Below are positions 41,849-51,110 of a stretch of DNA of 64,000 bases, piece by piece. Position numbers and translations under genes: made by a program. How positions within the stretch are numbered: the first letter of the stretch is position 1; every line of letters starts with the position of its first letter. The notes below the pieces were generated by a model. It saw only the letters and a program-made list of their open reading frames with translations, had not been told where the DNA came from and made no database searches. The stretch is from Candidatus Babeliales bacterium (GTDB taxonomy: Bacteria > Babelota > Babeliae > Babelales > JANWKD01), in assembly GCA_963701665.1 (NCBI GenBank), contig OY969622.1:1216001-1280000 (forward strand), written 5' to 3'.

Positions 41849-43525
41849 TTAACTCCTCTCAAAACCTTTCATTATCCAATTGGTAAATGGAAATGTTTCA
41901 TTTGTAACATCAGGAACGCGCGGCGCACTATAACGTGCGTCTAATGGTAAACGCGCGACTGACAATCGCATTGCGCGCGCTGCATCAGATGGTTTTTTCT
42001 CATCATGTATCAAGGCACGCGCTTCATCTTTTTTCATATAGGGCATAACAACAAAATGATTATCCATAACAAACGTAAGGATGTTTCTGATTTCAATGCG
42101 AATAACTGATAATTGCGCGCAATATTTCAACGCCATTATAACTGTTTGTACTAATTCGTACGCGAGACGGGCATTAAGATGAGAACCGTATTTTACTTCT
42201 TTTCCTCTGCGCGAAATAGTGGTAACTAGTTTTAATAATGAGTTTTGAATTTTACTTATAAAAATCAATGCCACTTGTGATGGATCTGCAATTTTGGCAG
42301 TAGCAATGAATGAATTAAGTGCGCTCATCATTTTTTCACGATTTTTTTTCAATTGCTCTGCATTCCCAATAGTACGCATCGCATCATCCATAGCTTTATC
42401 GAATTCAACAACATAGCTATTGAGCTCTCCATCACGGATAGCATCAGTTTTATTGCGGGCTATTAAATCAGCGTATGCTGACGAAATATTTTGCTTTACC
42501 TCCTCACGCATCGTTGCAACGTCTCTTTCATAAGTTTCTCGCAAGAAATCATCAAGTTTATCTTGATAAAGAACAGAATTTTTAATAGTACCTTTTATAT
42601 CAATTTTTAAATCACGTAAAAAATCTTCTTTTTCAGATTGGCTTAACGCTGATAATGCATACCATTGCGCTGAAAGATGATCAAACACCGATACCAATGC
42701 ATTTCCCATAATGGCAGAAAGATATGCTTGTAAAGTAAGTACGCCCAAATATGATTCATGCGAAAGTTCTTCAGGATCGAGTGATGCTAAATCTTTTAAG
42801 GTATGCATGATACTATCATACGCCTTACTTTCTACACTATTCACAACATTGCGCGTAATACTGCCTTCTTTTGTTGCATCTCCATAGAGCTCCTGCAAAC
42901 TTTGTAGTATTTGATTAAAATTCTTATTAAAGGTTGCATCAAGAATATAGCGGTGTTGCGCTCTTTTGAGTTCATGCTCATTTAACAACTCATAAGATTG
43001 CCAATATTTGCCTTCAACATTCCTTCCCAACGCATTAACACTCTCTAATATTTTTTTTGAAAATTGTTGCATGTTATCATTATTTCGGTATTGTGGCGTG
43101 AGCGTAATATAGAATTGCGTAAATTCTTCTATGTAGGCAGGAATTTTTTGCGTCGTTAGCTGTTTTTTAAGCGCGTTACTTGTTTTTTGTAACTGATTCT
43201 TCTGAGCTTCACTTTTTGCTCCTACTATCGATTTATCAATCTTTGAGATTTCTTGCTCGTTATTCAGCAATACTTTCAAACCATTTTGTAGCGCGGTAAT
43301 TTTTTCATGCACGAGAGTCGAAAGACTTTTTTTCTTAGGTAATGCCGTACCTTGAATATTCTTTTGTTCGCCTTTGGAAAAATAGGATGAGAAACGGCTG
43401 AAAAAACCTGGACTTTTTGGGCTTTGAGACCGTGTTTCTATTTGCTCAGATCCCAATGCGCCACCATTTATTGCTGAACTTAACAAACACAGTACGATGC
43501 ATGAACATATACAGAAAAATTTCAT
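41849..43525 (-). CDS. Hypothetical secreted helical protein
   Basis: Likely start MKFFCICSC (43525); 2 bp from next gene. Confidence 0.75.
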   Translation of the reverse strand: MKFFCICSCIVLCLLSSAINGGALGSEQIETRSQSPKSPGFFSRFSSYFSKGEQKNIQGTALPKKKSLSTLVHEKITALQNGLKVLLNNEQEISKIDKSIVGAKSEAQKNQLQKTSNALKKQLTTQKIPAYIEEFTQFYITLTPQYRNNDNMQQFSKKILESVNALGRNVEGKYWQSYELLNEHELKRAQHRYILDATFNKNFNQILQSLQELYGDATKEGSITRNVVNSVESKAYDSIMHTLKDLASLDPEELSHESYLGVLTLQAYLSAIMGNALVSVFDHLSAQWYALSALSQSEKEDFLRDLKIDIKGTIKNSVLYQDKLDDFLRETYERDVATMREEVKQNISSAYADLIARNKTDAIRDGELNSYVVEFDKAMDDAMRTIGNAEQLKKNREKMMSALNSFIATAKIADPSQVALIFISKIQNSLLKLVTTISRRGKEVKYGSHLNARLAYELVQTVIMALKYCAQLSVIRIEIRNILTFVMDNHFVVMPYMKKDEARALIHDEKKPSDAARAMRLSVARLPLDARYSAPRVPDVTNETFPFTNWIMKGFERS

Positions 43526-43698
43526 ACTCAACCCACTCTTTTTTAACCTTGCCATCTTTATTTGGTTATTGATGTGAGTATAAAAAATTCCTTTTTTTGA
43601 AATCAACAGTAATTACAAATAGGAACGGGGTAAAAAATCAGGCTTATCCGATAATTAGAAAAATTCTGAATTTTGAAAATTAACATATTGAGCAACAA

Positions 43699-43864
43699 CG
43701 TCATCATGAGGAGCCGTCCTACTTCGCCAAGGCTTCGCAGGATCCGCAATGGAGCGCCTGTCCGCCGAAGTTTTAACGAAGGCGGAACGTAGTGATCCGT
43801 CTTTTAAAATGAAAATCCTTATTAGACTGGATTCCTACGGCACACAGGGTGCCTCAGAATGACA
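43699..43864. repeat. REP-like palindrome dimer copy 2, carrying inserted CCGCCGAAG..CGAAGGCGG-type palindromes
   Basis: CGTCATCATGAG..GTGATCC, spacer, TGGATTCCTACGGCAC..GTGCCTCAGAATGACA. Confidence 0.75.
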
Positions 43865-43911
43865 TCATTTTCCCAAATATATTTTTATGTGTATTGAAAT
43901 TTATCGTAGAA

Positions 43912-44838
43912 CTATGATGATACTGCGCTTGAATCCTGCAATGATGATAAGAATGTTTTTATCTCATGCGCATATTCCTGAGGGTAATGTTTGAAAATAG
44001 TTGCATGGGGAGCGTCATCAACAATCCATAATTTCTTCACGCCCGGTTTGACAGCAAAAAGTTCATGAGCAATTGCTGAATTGGCGAACGTATCATTTTT
44101 AGCATGTATAATAAGCATCGGTGTAGGAATTTTTTGTATCCATTCATAAGGATTAACATCGCTCATGTCTTGAGAATAAAGATACGAATACACCGTTTGA
44201 CACAAACGTGCGAATGGAATTGCCGGCAAGCCCGTCTTATCAGAGAATATTTTTGCAATTTGTTCATCAAGACGTTTGAAAACAGAATCAATAATGAGCC
44301 CTTTAAACGCTGCGCCTTGCACTGCAGCACCAAGCAATGTTGCCGCTCCCATTGAGAATCCTAGGCCGACGATTGGTAATTCTTTTGTTTTTTCATGGGT
44401 CTGTAACAAGGAATACGCTGCCATGACATCCCAAATTTCATGTGCGCCTATCGTTGTTGCGCTACCAGCACTTTCACCATGCGCTCGATAATCAAAAAAG
44501 AGTACGTTTTGATCAGGACATAACTCAACTAAACGGCGTACATCTTCTTTATGTCTAAAATAGCCATGACACACGAGAAGATTATAGCGTGCTTTTTCAC
44601 GAACAAAAAGGATACCTGATAAATCTATACCATCTTTTGTTGTAAATGAGATAGGAATACCATGGTGATCTTTACATAAAGACTGTTTATAAAGGGTTAC
44701 TTTAACATGCCAATCATCATCACGCACACGTCGCGATGTAAAACGCTTTACAATGTATAAAGAAATGAGCCCTAAACTAATCGTTATTAAAATAAGGCAA
44801 ATACTAATAACTAACAGGGCTTTTTTATGAAATTTCAC
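43912..44838 (-). CDS. Membrane-anchored alpha/beta hydrolase
   Basis: CHGY, FDYRAHGES, GFSMG nucleophile elbow, IHAKND, APH. Confidence 0.9.
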   Translation of the reverse strand: MKFHKKALLVISICLILITISLGLISLYIVKRFTSRRVRDDDWHVKVTLYKQSLCKDHHGIPISFTTKDGIDLSGILFVREKARYNLLVCHGYFRHKEDVRRLVELCPDQNVLFFDYRAHGESAGSATTIGAHEIWDVMAAYSLLQTHEKTKELPIVGLGFSMGAATLLGAAVQGAAFKGLIIDSVFKRLDEQIAKIFSDKTGLPAIPFARLCQTVYSYLYSQDMSDVNPYEWIQKIPTPMLIIHAKNDTFANSAIAHELFAVKPGVKKLWIVDDAPHATIFKHYPQEYAHEIKTFLSSLQDSSAVSS

Positions 44839-45176
44839 AGCATTTCCTTAAAATGAGTACCCGCAAGAAAATGAATATGCGCATGCATAACAACTTGACC
44901 GGCTTCTTTCCCATTATTACTTAATAATTTAAACGAAGCTGGTGGTGGTAATTGTTGTGCTACTTTTTGTGCAGCAAATAATAAATCACCAGCAAGCTTA
45001 TGATCTTCAGGCGATAAGTCATGTAAATTTTTGATATGTTTTTTGGGCAAAATTTGATAATGAATTGGCGCTTTTGGATGAATATCTTTAATGACAAGCA
45101 CCGTATCAGTTTCTAAAATTTTTGTGCTAGGAACCTGGCCTTCTATGATACGACAAAAAATACATTCAGCATCCAT
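44835..45176 (-). CDS. HIT family nucleotide-binding protein
   Basis: CIFCRI, DIHPKAPIH, GQVVMHAHIH. Confidence 0.93.
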   Translation of the reverse strand: MDAECIFCRIIEGQVPSTKILETDTVLVIKDIHPKAPIHYQILPKKHIKNLHDLSPEDHKLAGDLLFAAQKVAQQLPPPASFKLLSNNGKEAGQVVMHAHIHFLAGTHFKEML

Positions 45177-45225
45177 TATTAATTCCTATTTTAGTTTTGA
45201 AGCTTTTCCCCATGCAGGCGTAGCC

Positions 45226-45406
45226 AGTCCGTTCGTCGCCTTTGCTTTGAGAATGACATTCTCTACGTTATTTCAAGCTATGCGGTCTTCGCTTTTAGCT
45301 TCGCCGGACAGCTTTCGCTGACATTTTCTTATTTAAGTTCCTTTAAAAAAATGGCGAAGCCAGGCGTAGTTTGCCGAGCCGGAAGGCCCGGATAAACGAA
45401 GACTGG
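45226..45406 (-). repeat. tRNA-CCA-anchored palindromic trailer (type A) after tRNA-Leu
   Basis: First 52 nt match the tRNA-Ser(TGA) trailer with one mismatch. Confidence 0.8.
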
Positions 45407-45490
45407 TGCCGGGGGTCGGACTCGAACCGACATGGTCTTGCAACCGCGGGATTTTGAGTCCCGTGCGTCTACCAATTTCGCCACCCCGGC
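45404..45490 (-). tRNA. tRNA-Leu(CAA)
   Basis: GCCGGGG acceptor, anticodon arm CGGGA-CTCAAAA-TCCCG, long variable arm, GGTTCGAGTCC, encoded CCA. Confidence 0.96.
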
Positions 45491-45596
45491 GTAAAATCAG
45501 CACATAAGTCTATTGAAATATGGTACTTGAAAGGCCTTTTTTGTCAACTTGGGCTCCATTGCGCTTTATTAATATTCTTCTTTTTATTTTTAATTT

Positions 45597-46122
45597 TAAC
45601 TTACGCAGTTATGCGGACCTAGTGCAGGCAGCACCAATAAGAAAAATATACTTTATCAAACTCTTTCATTGTAACTTACGCAGTTATGCGGACCTCATGC
45701 CGGTCAGGCACAAGGTATTTTGCGCGCCCAAAATACCTTGAACAAAAGGGCGCCAACGTTCCGCTGGACCTTTTTCCCGCGCGAAATGCGCACTCAAAAA
45801 CATTGATGCTGCGCATCATGATTTTGAGCTTGTCGCGCTACACGATTTTCATTTAATAGATTTATTCTTGCATAACATTTGGACATTGCATCCAAGTTGT
45901 CATTGCGAGCCCTGTTAAGGGCGTGGCAATCCAGATAATAAAATTAGTTCATTATAAGCACAACATGTTGGAGACCTTGTCACATGTTAGTGTGCAAGGT
46001 CGACTTGTTTGCGTTAGGGAGATAAATAAGAGGCTTGCCCTCTTATTTGCCCTTGTATCCAATGTATTGGGCACGCAATACATTGGTGCTGCCCGCACAG
46101 GGCCGCATGACTGCGTGAGTCA
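45597..46122. repeat. Hairpin-rich non-coding region with three copies of a TAACTTACGCAGTTATGCGGACCT motif
   Basis: Direct copies at 45597 and 45672, inverted diverged copy at 46082-46122; at least five stem-loops. Confidence 0.7.
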
Positions 46123-46192
46123 AAATAAAAAAGTTGTTCTAAAGGATATTTATATAAAGACTGGATTCCCACGGCTTCGCCTCGGAATGACA
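45898..46192. repeat. REP-like palindrome dimer copy 3 with ~185-bp insertion in spacer
   Basis: TGTCATTGCGAGCCC..GGGCGTGGCAATCCAG and CTGGATTCCCACGGCTTCGCCTCGGAATGACA; spacer flanks match copy 5. Confidence 0.75.
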
Positions 46193-46194
46193 AA

Positions 46195-47391
46195 CTAAGT
46201 AATCACCGATGAAAGATTAAAAATCGGTAAATACACAGCAAAAATTAGGAAGGTAATCATCAACCCAATTATGATCATCAATAACGGTTGCAAAAATGTA
46301 GAAATCAACACTAATTTTCGATTGACCTGTTCTTTATAAAGCTGTGCCGCTTGCATAAACATAAGCGGCAAACATCCTGATTCTTGGCCAACGGCAATAA
46401 GCGCTTGCACTGGAACAGGAAATAAGCGAGAAAAATTTGCCATGCTCACATTCATGGCAACACCTTGATCCATATCATTTTTAATATGCTCAACCGTTGC
46501 GCAGATGGATGAATTTTTTAAATGTTCATGCACAATTGAAAATGCGGTCACCACATGAACACCCGTTTTGGTGAGCAAAGAAAGCGCGTGAAAAAAGTAA
46601 GCACACTGTGATTGACGGACGAGTGTTCCAAAAAATGGAACCGCGGTACCAAACGCACACGCTTTTTTAAACCAACGCGCGCGTTTCAACCAGCGTGGCA
46701 CTACAAGCAAAACGCTCAAGCAGCTAATGATACTTATGTTAACGAGCGGATGGCGTAAGCCCTCGCTTATCGCAACCATCATGCGCGTTGACGTGGGTAA
46801 TGATTGCCCGGCGGTAGTAAATAATGAAGCAAATGCGGGAACGATAACAATGAAAATAATGAGCGCAATAATTAAAAAAAAGGTAAACGTAATAAGTGGC
46901 ATAAGGGAAGCACTGCGCAGTTGTTTCCTGAATGCTACAATAGTTTCTTGGTAGGCACATAATTGTTCTAATGCCTCAGGCAATTTTCCTGTTTCTTGGC
47001 CGACCTCAATCATATGCACCGTAAGAATATCAAAAAAATACGCATGATCTTTAATTGCTTGGCTCAAACGAATACCGTGGTGCAACGAAATCACACAATC
47101 TTCGATCAATGCTTTCAATGTTTTGTTGTTAATCTGATGAACAAGTAGCTCAAGCGCTTGATCAAGAAATATGCCTGAATCCAACAAGATTGAAAGTTGT
47201 CTGAAGAATTGCACTTGGGTTGCTAAGGGTATGCGCTTACTAAAACGAAACGGTTTTATTTGTTGAAATTTCAAACATGCTATATCAGTGTGTAATAACA
47301 CCGCATCAAGTTCAGCTGGTGAACGCGCCATTAAGGATCCGGATTTATCGTTACCTGCCAAATCAATGCCATACCATTTATAAAAAGGCAT
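46195..47391 (-). CDS. pilC: Type IV pilus/T2SS inner-membrane platform protein (PilC/GspF family)
   Basis: FFRQLSILLDSGI, MIEVGQETGKL, VGQESGCL, AVYLPIFNL. Confidence 0.88.
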   Translation of the reverse strand: MPFYKWYGIDLAGNDKSGSLMARSPAELDAVLLHTDIACLKFQQIKPFRFSKRIPLATQVQFFRQLSILLDSGIFLDQALELLVHQINNKTLKALIEDCVISLHHGIRLSQAIKDHAYFFDILTVHMIEVGQETGKLPEALEQLCAYQETIVAFRKQLRSASLMPLITFTFFLIIALIIFIVIVPAFASLFTTAGQSLPTSTRMMVAISEGLRHPLVNISIISCLSVLLVVPRWLKRARWFKKACAFGTAVPFFGTLVRQSQCAYFFHALSLLTKTGVHVVTAFSIVHEHLKNSSICATVEHIKNDMDQGVAMNVSMANFSRLFPVPVQALIAVGQESGCLPLMFMQAAQLYKEQVNRKLVLISTFLQPLLMIIIGLMITFLIFAVYLPIFNLSSVIT

Positions 47392-47402
47392 CGTTACCTC
47401 CT

Positions 47403-47703
47403 TTAATCAAAAATTTTAGTCTGTGCCTCGCCTGGAAGAACATTAAGTTTCTTCAAAAAACTATCATAAGTATACTGACCTTCAATAAGCAATTTTTTAG
47501 TGCGCGCGGTATCACCTTTCAGTATGGCAATAGCTTGTTGAGGGATGCACAGCACACGTGCTAGAAATTTGATCAATTCTTTATTCGCGCGTCCTTTTTC
47601 TGGCTGGCTTGTTAGGTATACTTTGATCGTTCCGTTTTTTGCAAGAACTACCTTTTGCATACCAGATGCAGGAACAACATGGATGGTCACCGTAAAGCTC
47701 ATT
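47403..47703 (-). CDS. DUF167/YggU family protein
   Basis: IHVVP..IKVYLTSQPEKGRANKELIKFLA..ILKGDTARTK; start uncertain (ORF extends to 47771). Confidence 0.85.
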
Positions 47704-47822
47704 TTTTTTTGTTCACTATCGTCGTTTTGATCTGTTTCAACATACGCTCTTGAGTGTATAAGCGCTTGCATAAATTAGTAAATATTTTATTCTAATGAAT
47801 AACTTTATGTTTTTTAACTAAA

Positions 47823-47913
47823 GGAGAGATGGCTGAGTGGCTTAAAGCGCTTGCCTGCTAAGCAAGAGCTCCAGAAATGGGGCGCGAGGGTTCGAATCCC
47901 TCTCTCTCCACCA
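47823..47913 (+). tRNA. tRNA-Ser(GCT)
   Basis: GGAGAGA acceptor, CTTGC-CTGCTAA-GCAAG anticodon arm, long variable arm, CCA. Confidence 0.96.
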
Positions 47914-48050
47914 ATCTACGCCTGCACCGGGAAAAACTTCGATGTGAAATTTGGCTACGATTGGCTACGCCAGTTTCTCTAAGGAATTGATGCGTAGATT
48001 GCCCGTCGTAGCTTGCCAAGCTGGAAAGCGTGGATAAGCGAAGACTGGGC
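47911..48050 (+). repeat. tRNA-CCA-anchored palindromic trailer (type B), copy 1
   Basis: About 140 nt, five mismatches to 48157-48296. Confidence 0.85.
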
Positions 48051-48082
48051 TGGCTTCGTTCTTTAATTAATTTGAAATATAT

Positions 48083-48159
48083 GCGCCTATAGCTCAATTG
48101 GATAGAGCGTCAGACTACGAATCTGAAGGTTTTAGGTTCGACTCCTAATAGGCGCACCA
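48083..48159 (+). tRNA. tRNA-Arg(ACG)
   Basis: GCGCCTA acceptor, TCAGA-CTACGAA-TCTGA anticodon arm, GGTTCGACTCC, CCA. Confidence 0.96.
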
Positions 48160-48296
48160 ATCTACGCCTGCATCGGGAAAAACTTCGATGTAAAATTTGG
48201 CTACGATTGGCTACGCCAGTTTCTTTAAGGAATTGATGCGTAGATTGCCCGTCGTAGCTTGCCAAGCCGGAAGGCGTGGATAAGCGAAGACTGGGC
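48157..48296 (+). repeat. tRNA-CCA-anchored palindromic trailer (type B), copy 2
   Basis: Near-identical to 47911-48050. Confidence 0.85.
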
Positions 48297-48411
48297 CACT
48301 ACCCGAAGGAAATGACTGGCGAGCCAATTTCTTTCTCGAGTAATCTTATCATCTACATTTAAAACTTTTGATTTTTTTTACTTTTTTATTTAAAATAAAA
48401 TATCATTCTTT

Positions 48412-48503
48412 GGAGAGGTGGCAGAGTGGTCGATTGCGACGGTCTTGAAAACCGTAATTCCGAGAAATCGGAATCGTGAGTTCGAATCTCACCCTCTCCT
48501 CCA
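48412..48503 (+). tRNA. tRNA-Ser(TGA)
   Basis: GGAGAGG acceptor, ACGGT-CTTGAAA-ACCGT anticodon arm, long variable arm, CCA. Confidence 0.96.
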
Positions 48504-48653
48504 GTCTTCGTTTATCCGGGCCTTCCGGCTCGGCAAACTACGCCTGGCTACGCCAATTTAAATGACTTTTTTTAGTAAAAAAAAACGAAGACTGTCCGGC
48601 ATAGCTCCGTTAACGCAGAAATTGATATTCTCAAAGTAAAAGCGACGACGGAC
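48501..48653 (+). repeat. tRNA-CCA-anchored palindromic trailer (type A) after tRNA-Ser(TGA)
   Basis: CCAGTCTTCG..CTACGCCTGG then CGAAGACTGTCCGGCATAGC..GCGACGACGGAC. Confidence 0.8.
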
Positions 48654-48699
48654 TTATTTACGCCAAAGGAAATGACTGGCTAGCTAGTCTTCTAAAGCC

Positions 48700-49212
48700 A
48701 TGAACAACATTAAGCGAATTCTTATTTTTGGCAGACCCGGTAGCGGCAAATCAACAATCGCTCGTACACTCAGCAAAACATTAAATATTCCCTTACATCA
48801 TCTTGATCGTTGGTTTTATATCGAAAATTGGATTGAACGTAATCATGAAGATTTTTTGTATATTGTAGAAAACCTTACTAATCAAGATTCATGGATCATT
48901 GATGGCAATGCCCTCAAATCTCTTGAAATGCGCTATGCAAAAGCAGATGTTGCCTTATATTTTTGTTATCCACGCGCAATCTGTTTATTTCGCGTTTTCA
49001 AACGTTACTTTCTACAAAAAAATAAATTTGATGATCGAGCGCCAAATTGTCCAGAAAAAATAAATTGGAAATTTATACAGTATATATGGACATTTGAAAG
49101 TCGCATTAACAAAAGTCTCGCCATTTTACAAAACAAATATCCATCAGTAACGCTTTATAAGATCACCAATGATAAAGTATTACGTGAAGTAGTACAAAAA
49201 ATTCTTCGATAA
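48700..49212 (+). CDS. Adenylate-kinase-like P-loop protein (FlaR/topology modulation protein family)
   Basis: RILIFGRPGSGKST, HLD, WIIDGN, CPEKINWKFIQYIW. Confidence 0.85.
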   Translation: MNNIKRILIFGRPGSGKSTIARTLSKTLNIPLHHLDRWFYIENWIERNHEDFLYIVENLTNQDSWIIDGNALKSLEMRYAKADVALYFCYPRAICLFRVFKRYFLQKNKFDDRAPNCPEKINWKFIQYIWTFESRINKSLAILQNKYPSVTLYKITNDKVLREVVQKILR

Positions 49213-49321
49213 ATCTCATACAATGCTTGCTAGTACTCCATTCAATTGGTTCAAGTTCTTTGAAACTCGGAGCAAAACAAAAAGCCAGCTTTTAAAGGTA
49301 AAAATAGAAAACTTGTTTAGA

Positions 49322-50980
49322 TTATCCCCTTCGCCCTCGTGTCACTACCCACCCTTCATTTTCTTCATTCTCTTCATGTTCTTTTGCAATCTTTACATGA
49401 TAATAAGGATCGAGGATCCGGTTAATTGCATTCGCATAACGCGCTTCGCTTTGCGAATTTTTGTTCGTAAATGAGGCATCAATATAACCGTCAATGTGCC
49501 CAAGGAGTTGTTGATTATTCATAAGATTCGTTCCATTTATTTCATCCATAATTTGAATCATATCCAGAATGAATTGTTTATCACTTTCTGCTTTTCTATG
49601 TTTTTTATGGGCATCACTTCGATAAATAAGAAACGTTTGTAATTGATAGTTCCTTATTTCATCTTTGACCCTTTTAATTGCATCACCAACCCAATCAATT
49701 GGATTTGCAAAAGCGCCAGCGCCCATTAAGGTTAAAAATAAGTTATTTACGCCAGTTTCTTTTGCATTAAGATAAGCTGCACGTACCGTACCGATATAAG
49801 AACCTTGTAAAACCATACGCGCTAAGCTCTTTTGATTCTGATTACTCCTGCCACCCCTTAGGCTATACGCTGCAGTAAAGATTTGATGAACGAGTTGTGT
49901 TTGTTCAGGATTAACTCTTCCTGTATCAGGATAAATGACAACATCAAGTCTTGCTTGCCGATCAGTTGCAGCTGGTTTATTGCCATGAAACGTGCCTCCG
50001 CCACTGGTTACAACAACATATTTATGATTACCTATACCTACATGATTTACATCGTCTTGAAATAGTTGGGGATTATTACGAATGGTAGCAGGCTGATAGT
50101 TTTGAGCAGCATTCCTATCGATATCCGCCGCATGACGATAAATATCCCATGGAAGCTTTTCACGATTGCCTGATTTTATATCATGCAATAAATAAAAATA
50201 TCCAAATGAATTTCCCTCGGCAATTCTTTGCGTTGGCATTATATATTTTCTATAGATCGTTGCACCACCAGAGGATATGGATGCTTCTTCTCCTTGTGCT
50301 GCTCCATAAAACATACCCAGCCCGCTTCGAGTAATCCCTAAAGAATTATCAAATTTTATTATACTACCCTCAAGAGGGCCAAAAAAAGTTGAGGCTATTT
50401 GGAATGATGTATATCTGTTATGAGGATCGGCTTGCAAATAACGAATATCAGTAGGATTAGAAAATTCTGGGTCATGAATACGAAGAATAAACCTTGGTTG
50501 ATAACGGAATTGTGCTTGGGGTTGCTGCTTTTGAATTTCTTGTAAAAGTTGCTGATTGGTTCCATAGACCAATTCGCCTTGAAATATCGCTGCGCGCCGT
50601 GGATATTCTTTTATCCAAGCCATAACATCTTGTGGAAATTTAGTTAATCTTCCATTTGCCTGAGGTCTTTCCAAACCCGTATTACTCCAGCCATACTGAT
50701 TTCTAAATTGTTCTTCACCCATGCCAAGAATATCTTCAACAAATTTTCCCCTCTCTATTGTTTCCCCTGGGCGTGCCGTAGAAATGAAATTTTGAGGGAT
50801 GCGTTGTGGTTCGGGAAAAACAGGTTGCGATGGTTGGCGATGACCCGCACGTTGCAAAGCTTGATCGAGATTCACAAGAAGTTGATTTAATTGAAATAAA
50901 GAATCAATCAAAATATCGTTCGCATTTATTACCTGTATACTTAAGCAATATATCAAAAATATACCTATCATCTTCTTCAT
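49322..50980 (-). CDS. Secreted protein with putative macrodomain/PARG-like fold
   Basis: GGAG RBS before MKKMIG; FQIAS..AQG..SISSGGATIYRKY and LFLTLMGAGAFANP motifs. Confidence 0.6.
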   Translation of the reverse strand: MKKMIGIFLIYCLSIQVINANDILIDSLFQLNQLLVNLDQALQRAGHRQPSQPVFPEPQRIPQNFISTARPGETIERGKFVEDILGMGEEQFRNQYGWSNTGLERPQANGRLTKFPQDVMAWIKEYPRRAAIFQGELVYGTNQQLLQEIQKQQPQAQFRYQPRFILRIHDPEFSNPTDIRYLQADPHNRYTSFQIASTFFGPLEGSIIKFDNSLGITRSGLGMFYGAAQGEEASISSGGATIYRKYIMPTQRIAEGNSFGYFYLLHDIKSGNREKLPWDIYRHAADIDRNAAQNYQPATIRNNPQLFQDDVNHVGIGNHKYVVVTSGGGTFHGNKPAATDRQARLDVVIYPDTGRVNPEQTQLVHQIFTAAYSLRGGRSNQNQKSLARMVLQGSYIGTVRAAYLNAKETGVNNLFLTLMGAGAFANPIDWVGDAIKRVKDEIRNYQLQTFLIYRSDAHKKHRKAESDKQFILDMIQIMDEINGTNLMNNQQLLGHIDGYIDASFTNKNSQSEARYANAINRILDPYYHVKIAKEHEENEENEGWVVTRGRRG

Positions 50981-51110
50981 ATACATCTCCATACATAAAA
51001 GATTTTCTTTCATCATACTCTCCAAAAATAACTTTCGCTTCATGATTAAAGCCTGTAAAATGATGAAATACTTCGACATCATGTTGCAATAATTTTATCC
51101 AAGGACATTT

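Noticed and set aside
41242..41886. 214-aa plus-strand ORF and other short antisense ORFs in the track
   Set aside because: Shadow frames of long genes on the opposite strand, Ser/Phe-rich as expected for antisense of Lys/Glu-rich coding DNA.
45597..45695. Two 24-bp direct repeats as a mini CRISPR array
   Set aside because: Only two direct copies, the third is inverted, and no cas genes are present.
45520..46198. ORFs 45520-45741 and 45923-46198
   Set aside because: They run through repeats and hairpins with no RBS or recognisable domain; likely spurious.
47858..48097. 79-aa minus-strand ORF
   Set aside because: Antisense to tRNA-Ser and its trailer.
47910..48500. Non-G discriminator bases in both tRNA-Ser genes (A and T)
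   Set aside because: Bacterial SerRS relies mainly on the long variable arm; insufficient evidence for recoding, and ORFs read normally with the standard code.
45404..48503. Prophage or genomic island integrated at a tRNA
   Set aside because: No integrase, phage genes or duplicated tRNA 3' end (att site) found in the window.
47911..48653. tRNA trailers as HDV-like theta ribozymes
   Set aside because: Position fits, but I could not map the P3/L3, P1.1 and catalytic-C J4/2 elements; an AT-rich gap separates the putative helices and type B starts with A. Kept only as an unclassified structured repeat.
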